Notes: generated from the letters alone by a model not told the origin. A stretch of 59,958 nucleotides of DNA, filler included, from Bipalium vagum (GCA_037834085.1; 3 parts of 3 records of this genome joined end to end with filler, not necessarily neighbours in it); one strand, 5' to 3'. Positions 38,901-52,710 are shown, counted from the first letter of the whole stretch. A program made the numbers and translations.

Positions 38901-40329
38901 AAGATGTTCGGAATGTGTGAAACGTGATTTCCTTATAATTAAAAACACAAGCAAAGTTAGAACAAGACAAAGTCGATTGAGAAATGTGATATTTATGTTA
39001 AAAGAACAGTCATGAATACCAAAAAACCGGATAAAAAAATGAGGAGTTAAATATTTTTACGAGAAAAGAGATCAAACTCTTACCTGATTGGTTTTCGCTT
39101 TTGGCCGAGTTTATTCGATATCGGCTCGCAGTGTTGACGGGCTTAGCAGTGGTTCTGGCCAACGCTTTAGTAACGGTGGCTGAAGGAATTTTGAATGCGT
39201 TGTCGGGTTCATCGCCTTTGAAGAGAGATAGCTCTTTTTGCAGAGCTTTTTGTTTAGTCGAATCCAAGCTTTGCAGCAACTTTTCAGCCAGTTTGGGAAA
39301 CTTAGAATCGAACCAGCAGAACGCTCTAATTGGATTTCAGAAAAATCAATCAAATCAAAGACCATGAGAACAAGATGGTTACTCTCGAGAGTGAGCGCGC
39401 GCCTGTTCATCAGCATCGTTCACACCCTTTTTCAAAGCCTCCGCAATATTGGTCGAACTCTTTTCCAGATATTTTACGTTCCAGTTCTCACAGATGATTT
39501 TAATCAGTTCGCACGAATACTGTCTCAGTGCGGTCGACTTTGATGTTGTCATTGAGGTTATAAAAAATGGAAGGATCCGTACACTGTTTGTATTCTAAAA
39601 GAACATAAACTGAACACAAAATCTTGGATGAAACATTTTTTTGTTACATATACAATGTATTTCAGAGCAATCTTTCCACTGGTGGACATGATCCGAACTC
39701 CGTTCGGTACTAAATTCATCAGATTCTCAATGAGTTGTTCCAGGAAATAATCTAATTTGTTTTTGATTTCTTTTGAGAGAAAACTTCAAATGACTTATGA
39801 AGAATACTTAATAAAAGCCAGATACTTACGCTACAGTTATACAAGCTTCTCGGACAACTTGAGATCTCAAATCACTAATACAGCTCTTCAGTTCTATGTC
39901 AATTGGTTTAATATTCTGTACAATATCGTCAACTGTGAATTTGTTAGCTTTCACTACGCCTCGCAATAGTCGAAGCTAATGAAGTTATTAAGATTTAAAA
40001 CTACAATATTTATATGATACATTTTCAACTCTTTGCTGCCAATCATCTGAATGGAGCTTTCCATTTATACTATTTAAGTTTTCTTTGAGTTCTCTTAAAG
40101 TTCCAATCTAAATCATCACGGTCACATGTTTTAAAAATAACAATATTAAGAATGCCTCAAGTTCTGTAGTTTGTTCAAATGCCAATTCAAAATCTTCTTC
40201 CGTTACTGCACCAACTACAAATAACAAAAAAAATTTTAAAATTAATTAAGTTGAAGAGATATAAACTATCATTTAGAAACAAAGGATATTTAAATATTCA
40301 TAAAACTAACACTCTTGCTTTTTACTCAT
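23959..40329 (-). CDS. CLASP: CLIP-associating protein CLASP (Orbit/Mast), multi-exon
   Basis: TOG2 (GAVTEEDFELAF, DWQQRVE, DLRSQVVREACITVA, KKGVNDADEQAR), linker (KVSQSQ, STREPSP), TOG3 (NWNERKRGL, LSDWLYPLLIKLL), TEALQNLS, and CLIP-interacting domain (ILKELSNHND-RHEERK, WDEHFKTLLFLLLETMGD, LKVLEAHKD, ESQVRKESVLCMV, RLLEVYI). Stop TGA at 23959-23961. The ATG at 40329 is tentative. Confidence 0.95.
34627..34694. mobile_element. 68-bp pogo/Tigger-like MITE in a CLASP intron
   Basis: tagtggaacctctatataac ... gttataaagaggtttaactg, flanked by TA and adjacent to a (TA)n run. Confidence 0.75.
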
Positions 40330-41509
40330 AATTATATGATAAAAATGCCTATCTTATAATATTTTTAGAGATAAATTCCAATAATGCAATTTTAATAGTT
40401 AACGTTAGGCAAAATATTTTTTAAAATTATTTGTTTGCTGCTGTAAGATTTTATAAATTTAAAAAATTTAAACAAAATTTGGCATTTCTTATTTAGGAAT
40501 AATGTAAATAATTTATTTTAGATATTGTTATTAAAATTATTTAACTTTAAATATGTTAAGTTGAGAATTTAAAGGAAAATTTTATATTGTTATCTTGTAT
40601 GAATCTAAACATAAAAAAGAATTTTTAATAAAAAGTACTAAGAAATTAATCAATAAATATTTATAAATCATAATTAAATTCCTAATACCTTTTTATTCCA
40701 TTATATTTTCAAATTGGAATAAATTAAATATTATAGTAGTATTAATTTAAAGTAATAAATAATATATTACGGTAAATAAAAAAGGAAATCATGTACTTAA
40801 TATCATTTTTATGAGAAATATAAAATCTAGTGAATTAAATATTTTCGGTGATCCTGAAGTCTTAGGATTCCAAGGTCGGAAACATACAGAAATAACATTT
40901 TAATTGCATGATATTGTTAATATTTCAATATAATAGACAACTTCATTAATTTAACTCCAAAAATCTTTTATTACCATTAAGTTTACTATAACCATGTTAG
41001 TGAACTAAAATGAAAATTGATAATAGTGGGTAATAATAATACTCAAAAATTTTTAAAAATAAATTGAACTTAAATTATTTTTAAGTAAAAGAAAATTTCT
41101 AGAATACGTTTATTTTTGAATATAAAAAAATATATTTGTGGAGACTACGACCAAGTCTAAATCCACAAGGAGCAGCGTCCAAGAATTGAGCAATCCCAAA
41201 ACCATCGGTCAATCAATAAATTGATTTATTTGAAACTTATAAACTTGTAACATACTTGTGATCCATTTGTGTTTTATTGTTTTTATTGTTATGTGTCATA
41301 TTGTTATGTGAATGTAATATATATGTATTAAATGTAAAATCGAATTTGATTGATAAAATATTAAAAAAATAAAGTGATAATTAACTAATAATAAATATAA
41401 TAAGAAATAATTAAAAATAAATGAAATAGGTATAATAATGATAAATATATATGAATAATAATATTAATAAATAGGATAAATAGTATTAATATGTATTAGT
41501 AATAATTAT

Positions 41510-41609
41510 NNNNNNNNNNNNNNNNNNNNNNNNNNNNNNNNNNNNNNNNNNNNTTAATTAATTAANNNNNNNNNNNNNNNNNNNNNNNNNNNNNNNNNNN
41601 NNNNNNNNN
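41510..41609. other. Artificial contig-joining spacer
   Basis: N44-TTAATTAATTAA-N44, identical to the first spacer. Confidence 0.97.

Positions 41610-41681
<72 letters not shown>
41610..41681 (+). repeat. (ATT)n microsatellite at contig edge
   Basis: About 24 perfect ATT units. Confidence 0.97.
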
Positions 41682-42498
41682 GTGGGCAGGATCAGATATC
41701 ATTCATTAATAGATATTGAGAATTATTCTTGTGGGAGAATAAAAGTGACTTTTTCAGATAATTGGGAAAAAGAACGGTAATCAAATGTAGATCAAATGTA
41801 GATAAAGTCTTATTTCACGACAAATTATTTCGTGAAGCTCGATCATAGAAAACAATGAAGATCAAAAGCTGAAGATAAATCATGAAAAGTGATCGATTCC
41901 AGACAGAAAAGGCACTCTAAAAGCCGAACGAAATTGTTTTATAATTGGTTTTGAATACACTTTTCTGCTTCATAAGAATGAGCAAGGGCACGGCTGTCCA
42001 TTTGCAACTATTCTTCAGATCAGCAAAGCAAAGTCAGCCTGTCATCACAAAAGATAATATCTATTTTTCGTTTAAAACAAATCTTTAATTTCATGAAATA
42101 ATATTATTTGTATTAATGAAATATTTTTGGAATAAATTGGAAATATTATATATATAATATATAATGCGAATATTTTTCTATCTTTATTATCTTCTTTTTA
42201 TAATGACTAATTCTTCAATTATTTTTAATTAATTGTTATTCTACTCATATTTTCTCTGCAGATCATACCTCTGTAACCTTATTATTATCTGAGCTATTAT
42301 AGTTTTTAATATATTTTAATTTTGATATTATTTATTTATAAATATTTCGACAATTAATCATATCCTTGAATTATGTTCATTAATTTGTTATATTTTTGTA
42401 AAATATTTTTCATTAAAATTAATTGCAATACTAAATACAATATTTTCAACCAATAAAATACAATGTAAATTAACAATATATCTAACATGCATAAATGC

Positions 42499-43122
42499 TT
42501 AGGTATAACGTCTATTGATTATGCATTTCATTTTTGAAATTTGTGCTGTTGTTTATATGAAGTACTATTTGGGCGCTATATACATCGTATAATTAAAAAC
42601 AACACGTTTGCCTCTATGAGGAGATTTGTGCTCAAAAAGCGCTGCTGTCTTGTTAAAATTCGTGTTAAAGTATTATATTATCCGGTGCACAAATCACTGG
42701 AAAAGTTATCCTAACATGATATTTTATGGAAACAGTTTTTTTCTATATCTTGAATACTTTCCTAATGTTTGCACAGATTTGTTGCACAAAATAGTTTCAG
42801 TGTTGTTAAATAATGAATTCAGGCCACCTTTTGGCAGGAAGGTAATATTGGTACATGACAATCTCCGGCATCATGTTGTAAAACAATATAACAAGAACAT
42901 TAAAAATCTGAGATGGAATGAAATATATCTCCTCCAGAATTATGTGTCTATATGATTGGATTTTCTGGAAAACCTCAATTGTTCTATGATGAATTCATAA
43001 ATTTGACAAAACATTTGAAAATGGTTCTATTAATGAGGGAAGTTATTGGTGAGAAATATCTGCTTTGATTACACTCAATATCCATGCATTTTTAACTAAA
43101 CAAAAGTCGAAGTCATATTTGT
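42499..43122 (+). mobile_element. Degenerate mariner remnant
   Basis: VILVHDNLRHHVVK...LRWNE resembles LLHDNARPHVA..LGWE. The 3' end ...TTGTGTACCTAATA resembles a mariner TIR. Confidence 0.6.
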
Positions 43123-43330
43123 GTACCTAATAATATTAATTATATTAATACTTGACCGAAATTAGTTAAAATTTGATAAGAATACATTTTTAATGATTAA
43201 TTTTCGTATTCCTCCGGTCCAAAAATGGCACCACTTAGGTTTTAAATATAAAAATTATTTATATAAAAATTATATATAAATTATTAATTTTATATTAATA
43301 CTAAATGTAATTAATACTTTTTATTATTAT

Positions 43331-43914
43331 TAAGTATAATCCTCTTGATATGACCTCATTTATTGTCGTGACCCATTTAATATCGGATAAAAATGAAAAA
43401 ATTGCTTTATCTCATTGAAATAATAAAATGTTACCTTCTGAAAGTTATCTGGCATTATCACTGGTTTCTGCTTAATGTTACAAATTGTAAATTTGTTTAA
43501 ATAATTGGAACTTTTGAAAACTATTTGAAAACATTAATACATTATGAAATAAGGTTTTGGAAATAGTCAACAAATTTCATAGGAGATAAGTGAAAAATTG
43601 GTTGAAAATTCAGTTAGAAAAAGAGAAATTATTGAGCAAATTGAAAGTGACCGAAAGACACCTTTCGCTTCAATAGCTAAAACATTTAAAATTGATTCAT
43701 TAAAATTTTAAAAACAAAGAATATTGAACTTGTTGGTGCAGAAAATATCAACCGAAAACAACACCGTTTCAGTAATTTTGCTTTACATCGACGGTTACAC
43801 AAAAAAATTACAAAAGCTGAGAAATACAAAAAATAATGATATAAAGTCGGTTTCTCGTTAAAATCTATATTTTCTCTGAAACGGACGTCGTGATATTAAG
43901 CGAGTTGCGCTGTA
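43331..43914 (+). mobile_element. Internally deleted pogo/Tigger-like element
   Basis: CENP-B-type HTH remnant SVRKKREIIEQIES..FASIAKTFKI. Right end gtgatattaagcgagttgcgctgta; left end is degenerate. Confidence 0.5.
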
Positions 43915-44668
43915 CTGTTATAATCCTTAATTTCTTATTGTTGTAATTTCCTTTAATTGGAGGGACATTTTATTCTTACCTTTTAGCAAAGCATTATATG
44001 AATTATTTTTTTAAGGTTCCTCCTTCTCAAATATTTCAATTTCTCCAGTATTTTTACTGTGAATTGTAACTCGGACTCGTTTATATTTTTCACTTTGAAC
44101 GAATTTCTAAATCGCTCTGTTAAATATTAATTAAATAAACTTTCTACTGAGCTCTTTCAATGGATATTGTCAAAATGAAATGCGACATTAATTATGTATT
44201 TTTAATTATTAACATAATATTTTAGAAATTCTGCATTAATAATAATTAAAATGAAAATAATAATTATTAAAAATACATGCGTTTATGAAAAATAATTAAA
44301 ATCGTCTGCACAGTGAAATTATGTTTTATTTCGAAATTATGAATACATTTGCGTTAGTTGAGTGTCGAAATTCTTAATCAAAAAGTAAATGAGGCCTGCG
44401 GATTTATTTTATTTATTATAATTAAATTTATTCATAATAATACATTATGTAAAAAATCTTTTTATTTGCAAATCGACGTTCACATAGAATATCCTCTGTA
44501 TCATTTGCACAGGGACGATTGGTATAAATCGATTATTATTTATTTTTTCTTTTTCAATTAGCTCACACTACTTTTTGTTGGTAGTTTTTCTTATTTTCAA
44601 GTGTTTTATTTCTCGCACTTAATACTGATTTCAACAAGGTTTCAGTTGAAATCTGTTTTTTCTCTCGA

Positions 44669-44842
44669 NNNNNNNNNNNNNNNNNNNNNNNNNNNNNNNN
44701 NNNNNNNNNNNNNNNNNNNNNNNNNNNNNNNNNNNNNNNNNNNNNNNNNNNNNNNNNNNNNNNNNNNNNNNNNNNNNNNNNNNNNNNNNNNNNNNNNNNN
44801 NNNNNNNNNNNNNNNNNNNNNNNNNNNNNNNNNNNNNNNNNN
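44669..44842. other. Assembly gap (N run)
   Basis: 174 Ns with no linker. Confidence 0.98.
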
Positions 44843-47599
44843 TAAATAATAATTTTTAAGGGTATTCTAAAAAATTAAAATTTTTCTCCTTTTCCTTCGT
44901 ATGAAATTAATTAGTTTAATTAATTTATTAATTATTTCTTCTAAAATGACTTATCTACTCTCCTTATAATTTCCTCAAAATTCTGACAGGACCTCTTGAA
45001 AGACAAACTTTTATTATAATTTTAAAAATGCGATTAAAAAATCTCAATTTAATTCCGTCTTTTAACTCAGAAATTCATGTGATAATAAATTTATTATTTA
45101 TTTTCTGTTTAATTTTATTTGAAGATTGAAATTTTAATATTTAAAGCTTCAACATTTTATAAAATTCAAGTCGACTTTGGCTAAATTTCAGCATAGTTTT
45201 CAATATAAGCAAGACTCAGGTGTAAATAATCGACACTCAATTGGCAAAGTTTGGGTCGAGCTCGAGACAGTAACAAACTGTTTCCGACATTTTATTTCCA
45301 CACAATTCTTGCAAAACCAACCACAGAAGGTATGGCAGGACAATGCACTGAGAACATTTATGATCGGACAATATATGAATTTGGAGTTTCCGATTTCACG
45401 CAGTATATCGACGTAGATACTGATCTAATCACCTGAAAGTAGCCAGGAGCAGATAAAATGTAATAATTAACATGAAACTTTATTTTCCATGGAGATATGG
45501 ATAATTCCATATTCATTAGAGTTCGTCCAGAACATAATTTCATATGCAAATCATTGCTGAATTGAATTCACAAAGGTACCACATGCCTGATCATTAGACC
45601 ATTAAATGTAACGCAAATATGAAGGTAGATTTCTTGTAAAATGCTCCACATATAATCCGTAATTAAATTCACCTGTCATTTTCAAACAGTATGATGCCAT
45701 TGCATCCCGTTATAATTAGGCCTGACACGTTTATTTTATAATAATGAACGTTGTCGTTAACTGGACGCAAGTTGTAAATTTTACAACTTTTAACTTTCAC
45801 ACAGAGAACCTGTCCGTTTATAATACGAAAAATGTCATAAAATAAATTTCTTTTAGACAAATTTGTTTATAGACAAACCGGCTTTTTACTGATAAAAACA
45901 TAACCATATCGCATTCTTATTGATGGTAAAGCAAAATTTACCGATTTCTGTTAAAAAGTTAATAAAATCAAGTTACAAAATCTATTTTTAAAGAGCCGGT
46001 TATTTCTCTCTGTCACTTCTTTGTAAAATACAGATTTATAAAGAAAATAAACCGTGGTCTTCGTCTTCCAGAAATCTTATTAAAATTTGCAAAACAGTAT
46101 AAATGTTGCATGAAATGATGGCTTTTCTTTCAGCTGTTACAAGATTTTGTAATCGCTTTAATCTTGATCTTTGCTTCAACATGTTAATAATAAAATTTCA
46201 TTTACTGATGACGACTCCCACGTGGTTAGATCGGTATTCATGCCGGCATGTCGCATGAAATCTGAGTCCAAATTCATCTATTATCAGATCACAAATGTTC
46301 CCTTTGTATTGTGCAGTTACAATTACTGTTGTAAGATTTCACTATTCATGTGGATTGCATTATGCTGGAAGCAGTTTGTCACCCCCGTAGCCTTATTCAA
46401 TGACTCCTTTAAAATATAAACTTTAAATAGTTGATGGCTTTCGATAGCTGAAATCATTCTTCATACCAAGTCCAACTTAAAGTAATGCTTAACATTTCGA
46501 ATTGTCCCACATCCATTGGTTGGAGTTTTTGCAGGCAATATGAACAGAGTAATATTAGTCAAGTTCTCAATTTTTAGTGACACAGACAGTTATCTAAGAT
46601 CAAGGCAATGTGAAATTAAAATCTCTTTTTAAAGGATTTTTTTCATAATTTTATTTAAAATGAAGTTAAACCAATTATTAAACCAATTGCTACCAGATAA
46701 TTCATGATATCTGACTATTAAACGAATCTTGTTACTAAACCAATTTTTAATACTGCAATTTCAGGGTACGTTTTTTCTGTTATCAAACAGCATAAATACA
46801 AAAGTTTAAATCTCAATTACGAATTTAATGAAACGGTTGTATTGTGACGACATATTTGAATTTATTTGAAATAGTTAAACAAACTCTTTAAATTAATAAA
46901 TATTTTAATTTTACATAATTAAATTAAAATTGATACTGAAATTATGCTTGATCAGATTACCCCTACTACAAATATTATGATATTTAATTCAGTGTAACAT
47001 ATTTTAAGCAAAAATCTTAATTGATTAATTATCAACTTTAACATCTGTGAAATGAAGTATACAGAAATAATGATTTTTTCCAAATTGATATTTTTGGGTA
47101 TGTACACTTAAAAATATAAAAACGATGTCAATATTGTCCTCAAAATTTCTGCAACTATGTTAAACTTCTTATACGAATCAATTCTCTAAATGTAATGTTA
47201 TTCAACTATTTTTCTTGATATTTTTCATCATTTAAATGATCTTAATAACAAATAATTATGTTTCAACTACAAATGATATATAATTACTAACTCTATTTAC
47301 ATGAAATTGAGCAACATGCTGCAGCAATTTAATATAAATGTTAGCCATTTTTATTTTTATATTTTTTATTTATGGATTCTCCAGATCGAGATATTGTTAT
47401 TTTTATATTTCATAAAAAGAATTATAAATGTGTAAATATAACAAGTTTTTGATGTGTAAAAGGTTGGCGAAAAAGTGATGTCTTGTTTTATAAGTATTAT
47501 ATTTATAAAAATTTTAGAATAAATTTTTAGTTTATTAAAACAATTATATCCTTAGACCCGTACATAAATAAAAGCGCTACTGACACGAAACTTTGTATT

Positions 47600-48620
47600 T
47601 AGGACAAGGAAACTACATAGGTAAATAAACTTAATCACTTTCTATATAACCACATTCTGCTTCCGGGCATTTCGGCCATCGAGTTATCACAAAAGAGACC
47701 ATTTTCGAAGAAAGTGGTAGGCTTTTCATTGAAAATATCTTGAACTATTCGTTTAAGATCATCTTTAGACTCAATTCTCTGACCTCGCTTCTTTTAGAAA
47801 TGAAACAAGAAAATCAATATGAGCCAAATCAGGGCTATAAGGTGGATGTAAAACCAGCACAAATCCTTGTAACCGTATGACATCCATAGTTCGATTAGCT
47901 GTATGCCAGAGATTTTTTGATTCTTTGGCTTCTGTTGCAGCCTTATCAGATCACTAAGCAGTGCACAGTAGTAGTGAGATTCGATGTTTCCTTGGACAAA
48001 GTCAATTTTGATCACAACTTTTGAATCCCAGAATACACTGAAAGTTAGGCATTTCAGGTGAGACGTCCCTGAACGAAGTATGTTTGGTGCACTTTCGTCA
48101 GGAAATACCCATTCACGAGACTCACGCCTATTGTATGGAATGTAAAGACTCAATAGAGTCTCGTCCTCTGTTACAATATTCTTCAAAAAACTCTGTCCAA
48201 GAGAATGAAATAAGTGCAGATTGTCTTGACAAGCTTTCATGCGGTATTGTCGCATCTCCACTGTCAAAAATCGTGGAAAAACCTACTACTTAATTTTCTG
48301 ACTTACCGACATGTTTCTCAATTAAGTTTAGTTGACAGCTCTTTCTGGGAAATTCGCCTCTCTTCTTTGTCAATTATCTTCGATTTTTAAAATTTTTGTT
48401 CCCCAATTTCTGTAGGTCGTCCACTTGTTCTCGTCAAGCACATTGTTTCTGTCACAGGAAAACTCTCTGATCCAATTGTATACAGTCGCTTTGCATGGTG
48501 CTTCATTCCTATATGCTTCCTCCTGTTGAGAAATAATTTTCTTCTTTTTTGTCATTTTCAATTGCAATAATTGTATGACGCTTCGGAGTTCCACTTGATG
48601 ATACATTTTTTTCAAAAAGT
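47600..48620 (-). mobile_element. Near full-length but disrupted mariner (DD34D) transposase
   Basis: HTH ELRSVIQLL..EAPCKATVYNWIREF, IVTEDETLL, SREWV, SVFWDSKVVI, HPPYSPDLA. Confidence 0.9.
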
Positions 48621-48779
48621 CTTACCTAATGTCAACAAAGCTTGATGAAAAGTAGTCGTTATAAAAGTAATATAAAATTTGTACGACTAAGATTAATTTA
48701 ATAAAACTATATTTATTTAAAACAATTTATATACAGAAAACAAATTCTAATGATATTTAACAAAATATCTTAACTCAGA

Positions 48780-49580
48780 AAAAATTGGTGAAATTTTCTT
48801 TTTACTCTTCCCATCAACATCTGCGCAGTCATTCTAGTTACCTTACCAATTGATTCCTTCCACTTTCTTTTAAATTCTGTTTCATTCTTTGCAGCCCTCT
48901 AGATGCTACTTATGTTACGTTTCACAATTGCCCAAGATTTTTATATTGGTCGGAGTTCTAGGCACTAATGAGAATTGGCTTGTCAATAATTTCAAATAAT
49001 TTGTCAAATAATTTATAATAATTGTCAAATAATTGTCAAATATTTTGTTTTGTACCATTCTAATGTATCTTTAGTATAATAAGAACTTGTAAGATGGAGC
49101 CACAACAGAGTAAGACAATCATACTTATTAATAAAAGCCAATAAACATTTTTGAAGGTACTCTTTGAAGTAAATATCTTGATTCGTTCCATTTTTGATGA
49201 AAATTACTTTTTTTTCATTTGTACAAATGGCTTGCTACACGAGATTCAGTCTACCCTCTTCGATTTACCACTTCTAATTTTTTCCTATAAATAAAAAATC
49301 ATACACATTTTAAGGCTTTATTCTAATTTTTATGTTTTTATGTAATCATTTTCCCTCTAATTTTTTCCAATTTTTTCAAGGTACCTGATTGTGGTAAATA
49401 TTAGAGGGTAGACTGTATTTCTTTGGGAATTTTAGGAGCTTTTTCATCCTAAATCTTTAAGCAACCACGTCTTACCCTCTGCAACATAGTAATTCTGACC
49501 TGACATTTGTTTGATGTGTCCCTTAATGTAAAAATCTTACTAATCCTCACAAGTTACTTAAAAGATTCCATAAAACATTT
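48780..49580 (-). mobile_element. Degenerate Tc1/mariner-superfamily transposase, ITmD37E-like
   Basis: GTNQDIYFKEYLQKCLL, LWLHLTSSYYTKDTLEWY (cf. FWPDLASCHY) and CLELRPI*KSWAIVKR. Confidence 0.7.
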
Positions 49581-51689
49581 CTCTGACGTATTATGTAATA
49601 CTAATTATAAAAATAATATAAATATTATTATAAAAATCAAAATAAAAAACATTATTTTTGTCTGAAAATAGTTTAAAATTAATTTCCAATTATAAAATAT
49701 CCTGAAATTCGAATAATATTTAATGATATGCCTTTCATGGTTTATTAAATCTTATATAATAAATATATAAATAATAAATTTAATTATTTTTTAGTCACAT
49801 TTCAATTTTGTTTCCTTTCATTCTGAACACATGGAGCTTTAACAATTGATATTATTTTAAAATAAAAACATTAACTTTTATATATAAAATACTTTTGATG
49901 GTTTTTAATATCATTTCAATTTATTTATTATTATTTTTTTCAATTATTAAGTATGGCCAACAAGCCAGAGTTAATTATTAAAATTATTAATCATAAACAA
50001 ATTAAAGAAATTGTTTTGAATAATTTTAAAGATATGAAAAATAAAAATCCTTTTTAATTACCTAAAATAGGCGATTAATCTTTTTCTTTGGAAATTTAAT
50101 TTGCCCTCTTACAGGCAATTATTAACATTAACTAATCGTCAAAGGAGGAAGCTCTTAATGGACAAAATTATTTTTAAAAATTTCTTTTTTGAAATTTTTG
50201 AAGAAAATTTTTTTATTGTTTTAATCGTGATCATACCAAGTCAAGGTTTTCCCCAATATTTTTCACGTGAAGAAGCATGTTAGTTCTAAGAAATAACAAA
50301 AAAGCTGCAAAGGTTTTATTAAGATTATCAGTGATCATTGGTATAGAGTGGGTTTAATATTTATTGTTACTCTTTACAATATGGAAAAATATAAATAAAA
50401 AATAATAATCTAATTTAAGTTTAAAAAGTATAGTAATTGAAAAAAATACAGTTTACAATATACAAATATGGAAAATGGAGAGATACGGAAAAGATGTATC
50501 AAAAGTGATTGAAAATTTCAAAGTTCTTGTCTTATTCTTAGAATATAAACATAACAGTAGAAAATCGATACGGATTTTTCACAATGTAAATGAATAACCT
50601 TAGAATTACAATAACAATTATAGATGATTAACTTAGTATTTCCTGTCAAAGATACTGTCCTGTCATCCATTACCCTGACGTCCAACATACCTTCTATAAA
50701 TGGCACTAAAGTCTTGGGTTTTTTAAGCTAAGAAATATATATCTTTTTCATTTCTGCAAATAAATAATTCTGAACTGGAATCAAATAATTCTTGACTGCA
50801 CAAATTATATGGATACGACATTTCCAAAAAACCTCCGATGTACCTATTATCGAATGACGTTGGTTTCAAGATGAAATTCCTAAAAATTAAAAAAGTTCTA
50901 ATCACTATTAGCTCTTGTAAGATTTATATTACCTTTCGGGAAATCAAAAACAATTTTAAATTATTATTTTGTATAAAGTTTACATTAACATTATTCAACT
51001 TTATCTACGGTGCTACAATCACTTCTGTTCACGACGAAAACCTGTTGACGGTTTTATCTATGCTTGATTCAAATTTTTTATTATCTTCTTGACAGCATGC
51101 TGTAATGACTTGATAGTCCTGTGAACTTTTGTATTGATCTGTGCCTTGACTACATCTCATAATTAATGACACAAATCGGAAAGGAGATCACAAACCGGGT
51201 GATTAACAGTGGCTTAGATTTTCAAAAAGTTATTTTTGAGTGTTTCTTTCTTTATGAGCCACAGTTGAGAATTGTCCCCCACCGCTACCTTATCAATTCA
51301 GGGTTTCACAACCATCGCTGGTATGTTTATATATATGTCTGCTTAGATTACAAGGCCTCTCTCGAAAAAAAATGTAACAGATACTGGAAACGTAGAATGC
51401 ATAACCGTCGGGAAGAAGAAGACAGATCAGTGATTGTATTGCCGATTGATTTTTCTGTTTTTAACAAAGTTTTTCTCATCAGAGAGCCTTTAAATATATT
51501 ACTATTATTCTTGATGTCATTAACGAAAGCATGTATCTTAACTTTACAGTTTTACTTTGTCTTTTTAGTCAAAGCACATATGATTTGTATCAAATTTCTT
51601 GCCTGAATATTGCTACGCTAACTTTTCACTTGATCACGTTCATTTCCTTTAATAGGTAAACAATATTTTTGGAACGATAAGCATCAAAC

Positions 51690-52075
51690 TTCTTTTTAAA
51701 ATAGGCATTGAAATTTGGATTCCTTTGAAGTCATCATCTTTTTTAAAATTATAGCGATGTTGTAAAATGTCTTTCTATATCCAAAACAATCAATAATTTT
51801 TTTTCGAGGTTTCCAAGCACCGAACAATTTTAGCACTGCTGCTTTTCTGTTGTATTCCACATATCTAAAACTATAAGATTTATTTATCCTTAATTAATTT
51901 TAGATATAAATTAGCTTAGTTAAGCAAATGAGGGTTAGACGAATTTTAAATAAACCATTGTTTAATTATTAACCGTTGTTTAATAAACCATTGAAAATAT
52001 TTTTGATTTATCCCTAACAACTTGCAGTGACAAATCGAAGCGTACAATTTCATGATATTCCTTGAGACCCCCGTA
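51690..52075 (-). mobile_element. 5' fragment of maT (DD37D)-like transposon
   Basis: EYNRKAAVLKL..IIDCFGY HTH remnant, and TIR-like TACGGGGGTCTCA at 52063-52075. Confidence 0.45.
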
Positions 52076-52585
52076 CTTCCATGAAATTTATTTCTAAGCC
52101 TTTCGAAATCAATTTTTCAGAATTATTTCATCGACCTATGTTTTGACCTGAATATTGCGTCTGTATTTTTTATTTGATCTAATTTCTTCATGCTGAAAAA
52201 TTAGTCAAGAAAACTTAAGTTTGGATTGCAATCAAGACTAAGATTAAGTTTTAAGATTAACATTTGACCATGAATCTTTTTTAATTAAAGTTTTTAATAT
52301 CGTTCTACGAATGAGAGAAAGGTGCAAATTACAATAGGGGTTCATGTCTTATATTTTATTATATAAACGGAAAAAATGGGAAAGAACTTTCCAAAGCCTG
52401 CTTTGTGTATTGATATAATATCTAGTTTAAAGAGCTATTAGGTTGGAAACAAAGTTCTCGCACTATTTTGTTAAATGCCTTTTTAAAATTATTTATAACT
52501 AATTGATTTAAATATAGATATATATTTTGATACAATATATTGTTTAAATATTACTTTTTATTTTAGCGCACATTTTAATATCCAA

Positions 52586-52710
52586 TATGGCTGATTAATC
52601 ATCTTATCTCACGAACAATTGAGTATGTTTTTATTATATGATTTCAAATCCGGTATAAACGCAATCCAGTCGCATTGTTATTTATAAGGATATATTGAAG
52701 ATGATATTTA
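52586..52710 (+). mobile_element. Mariner N-terminal fragment
   Basis: LLYDFKSGINAIQSH resembles the mariner HTH start. Confidence 0.45.

Noticed and set aside
44309-44315. CACAGTG (RSS heptamer / Transib-like terminus)
   Set aside because: No nonamer, partner TIR or RAG1-like coding sequence identified; a 7-mer is expected by chance.
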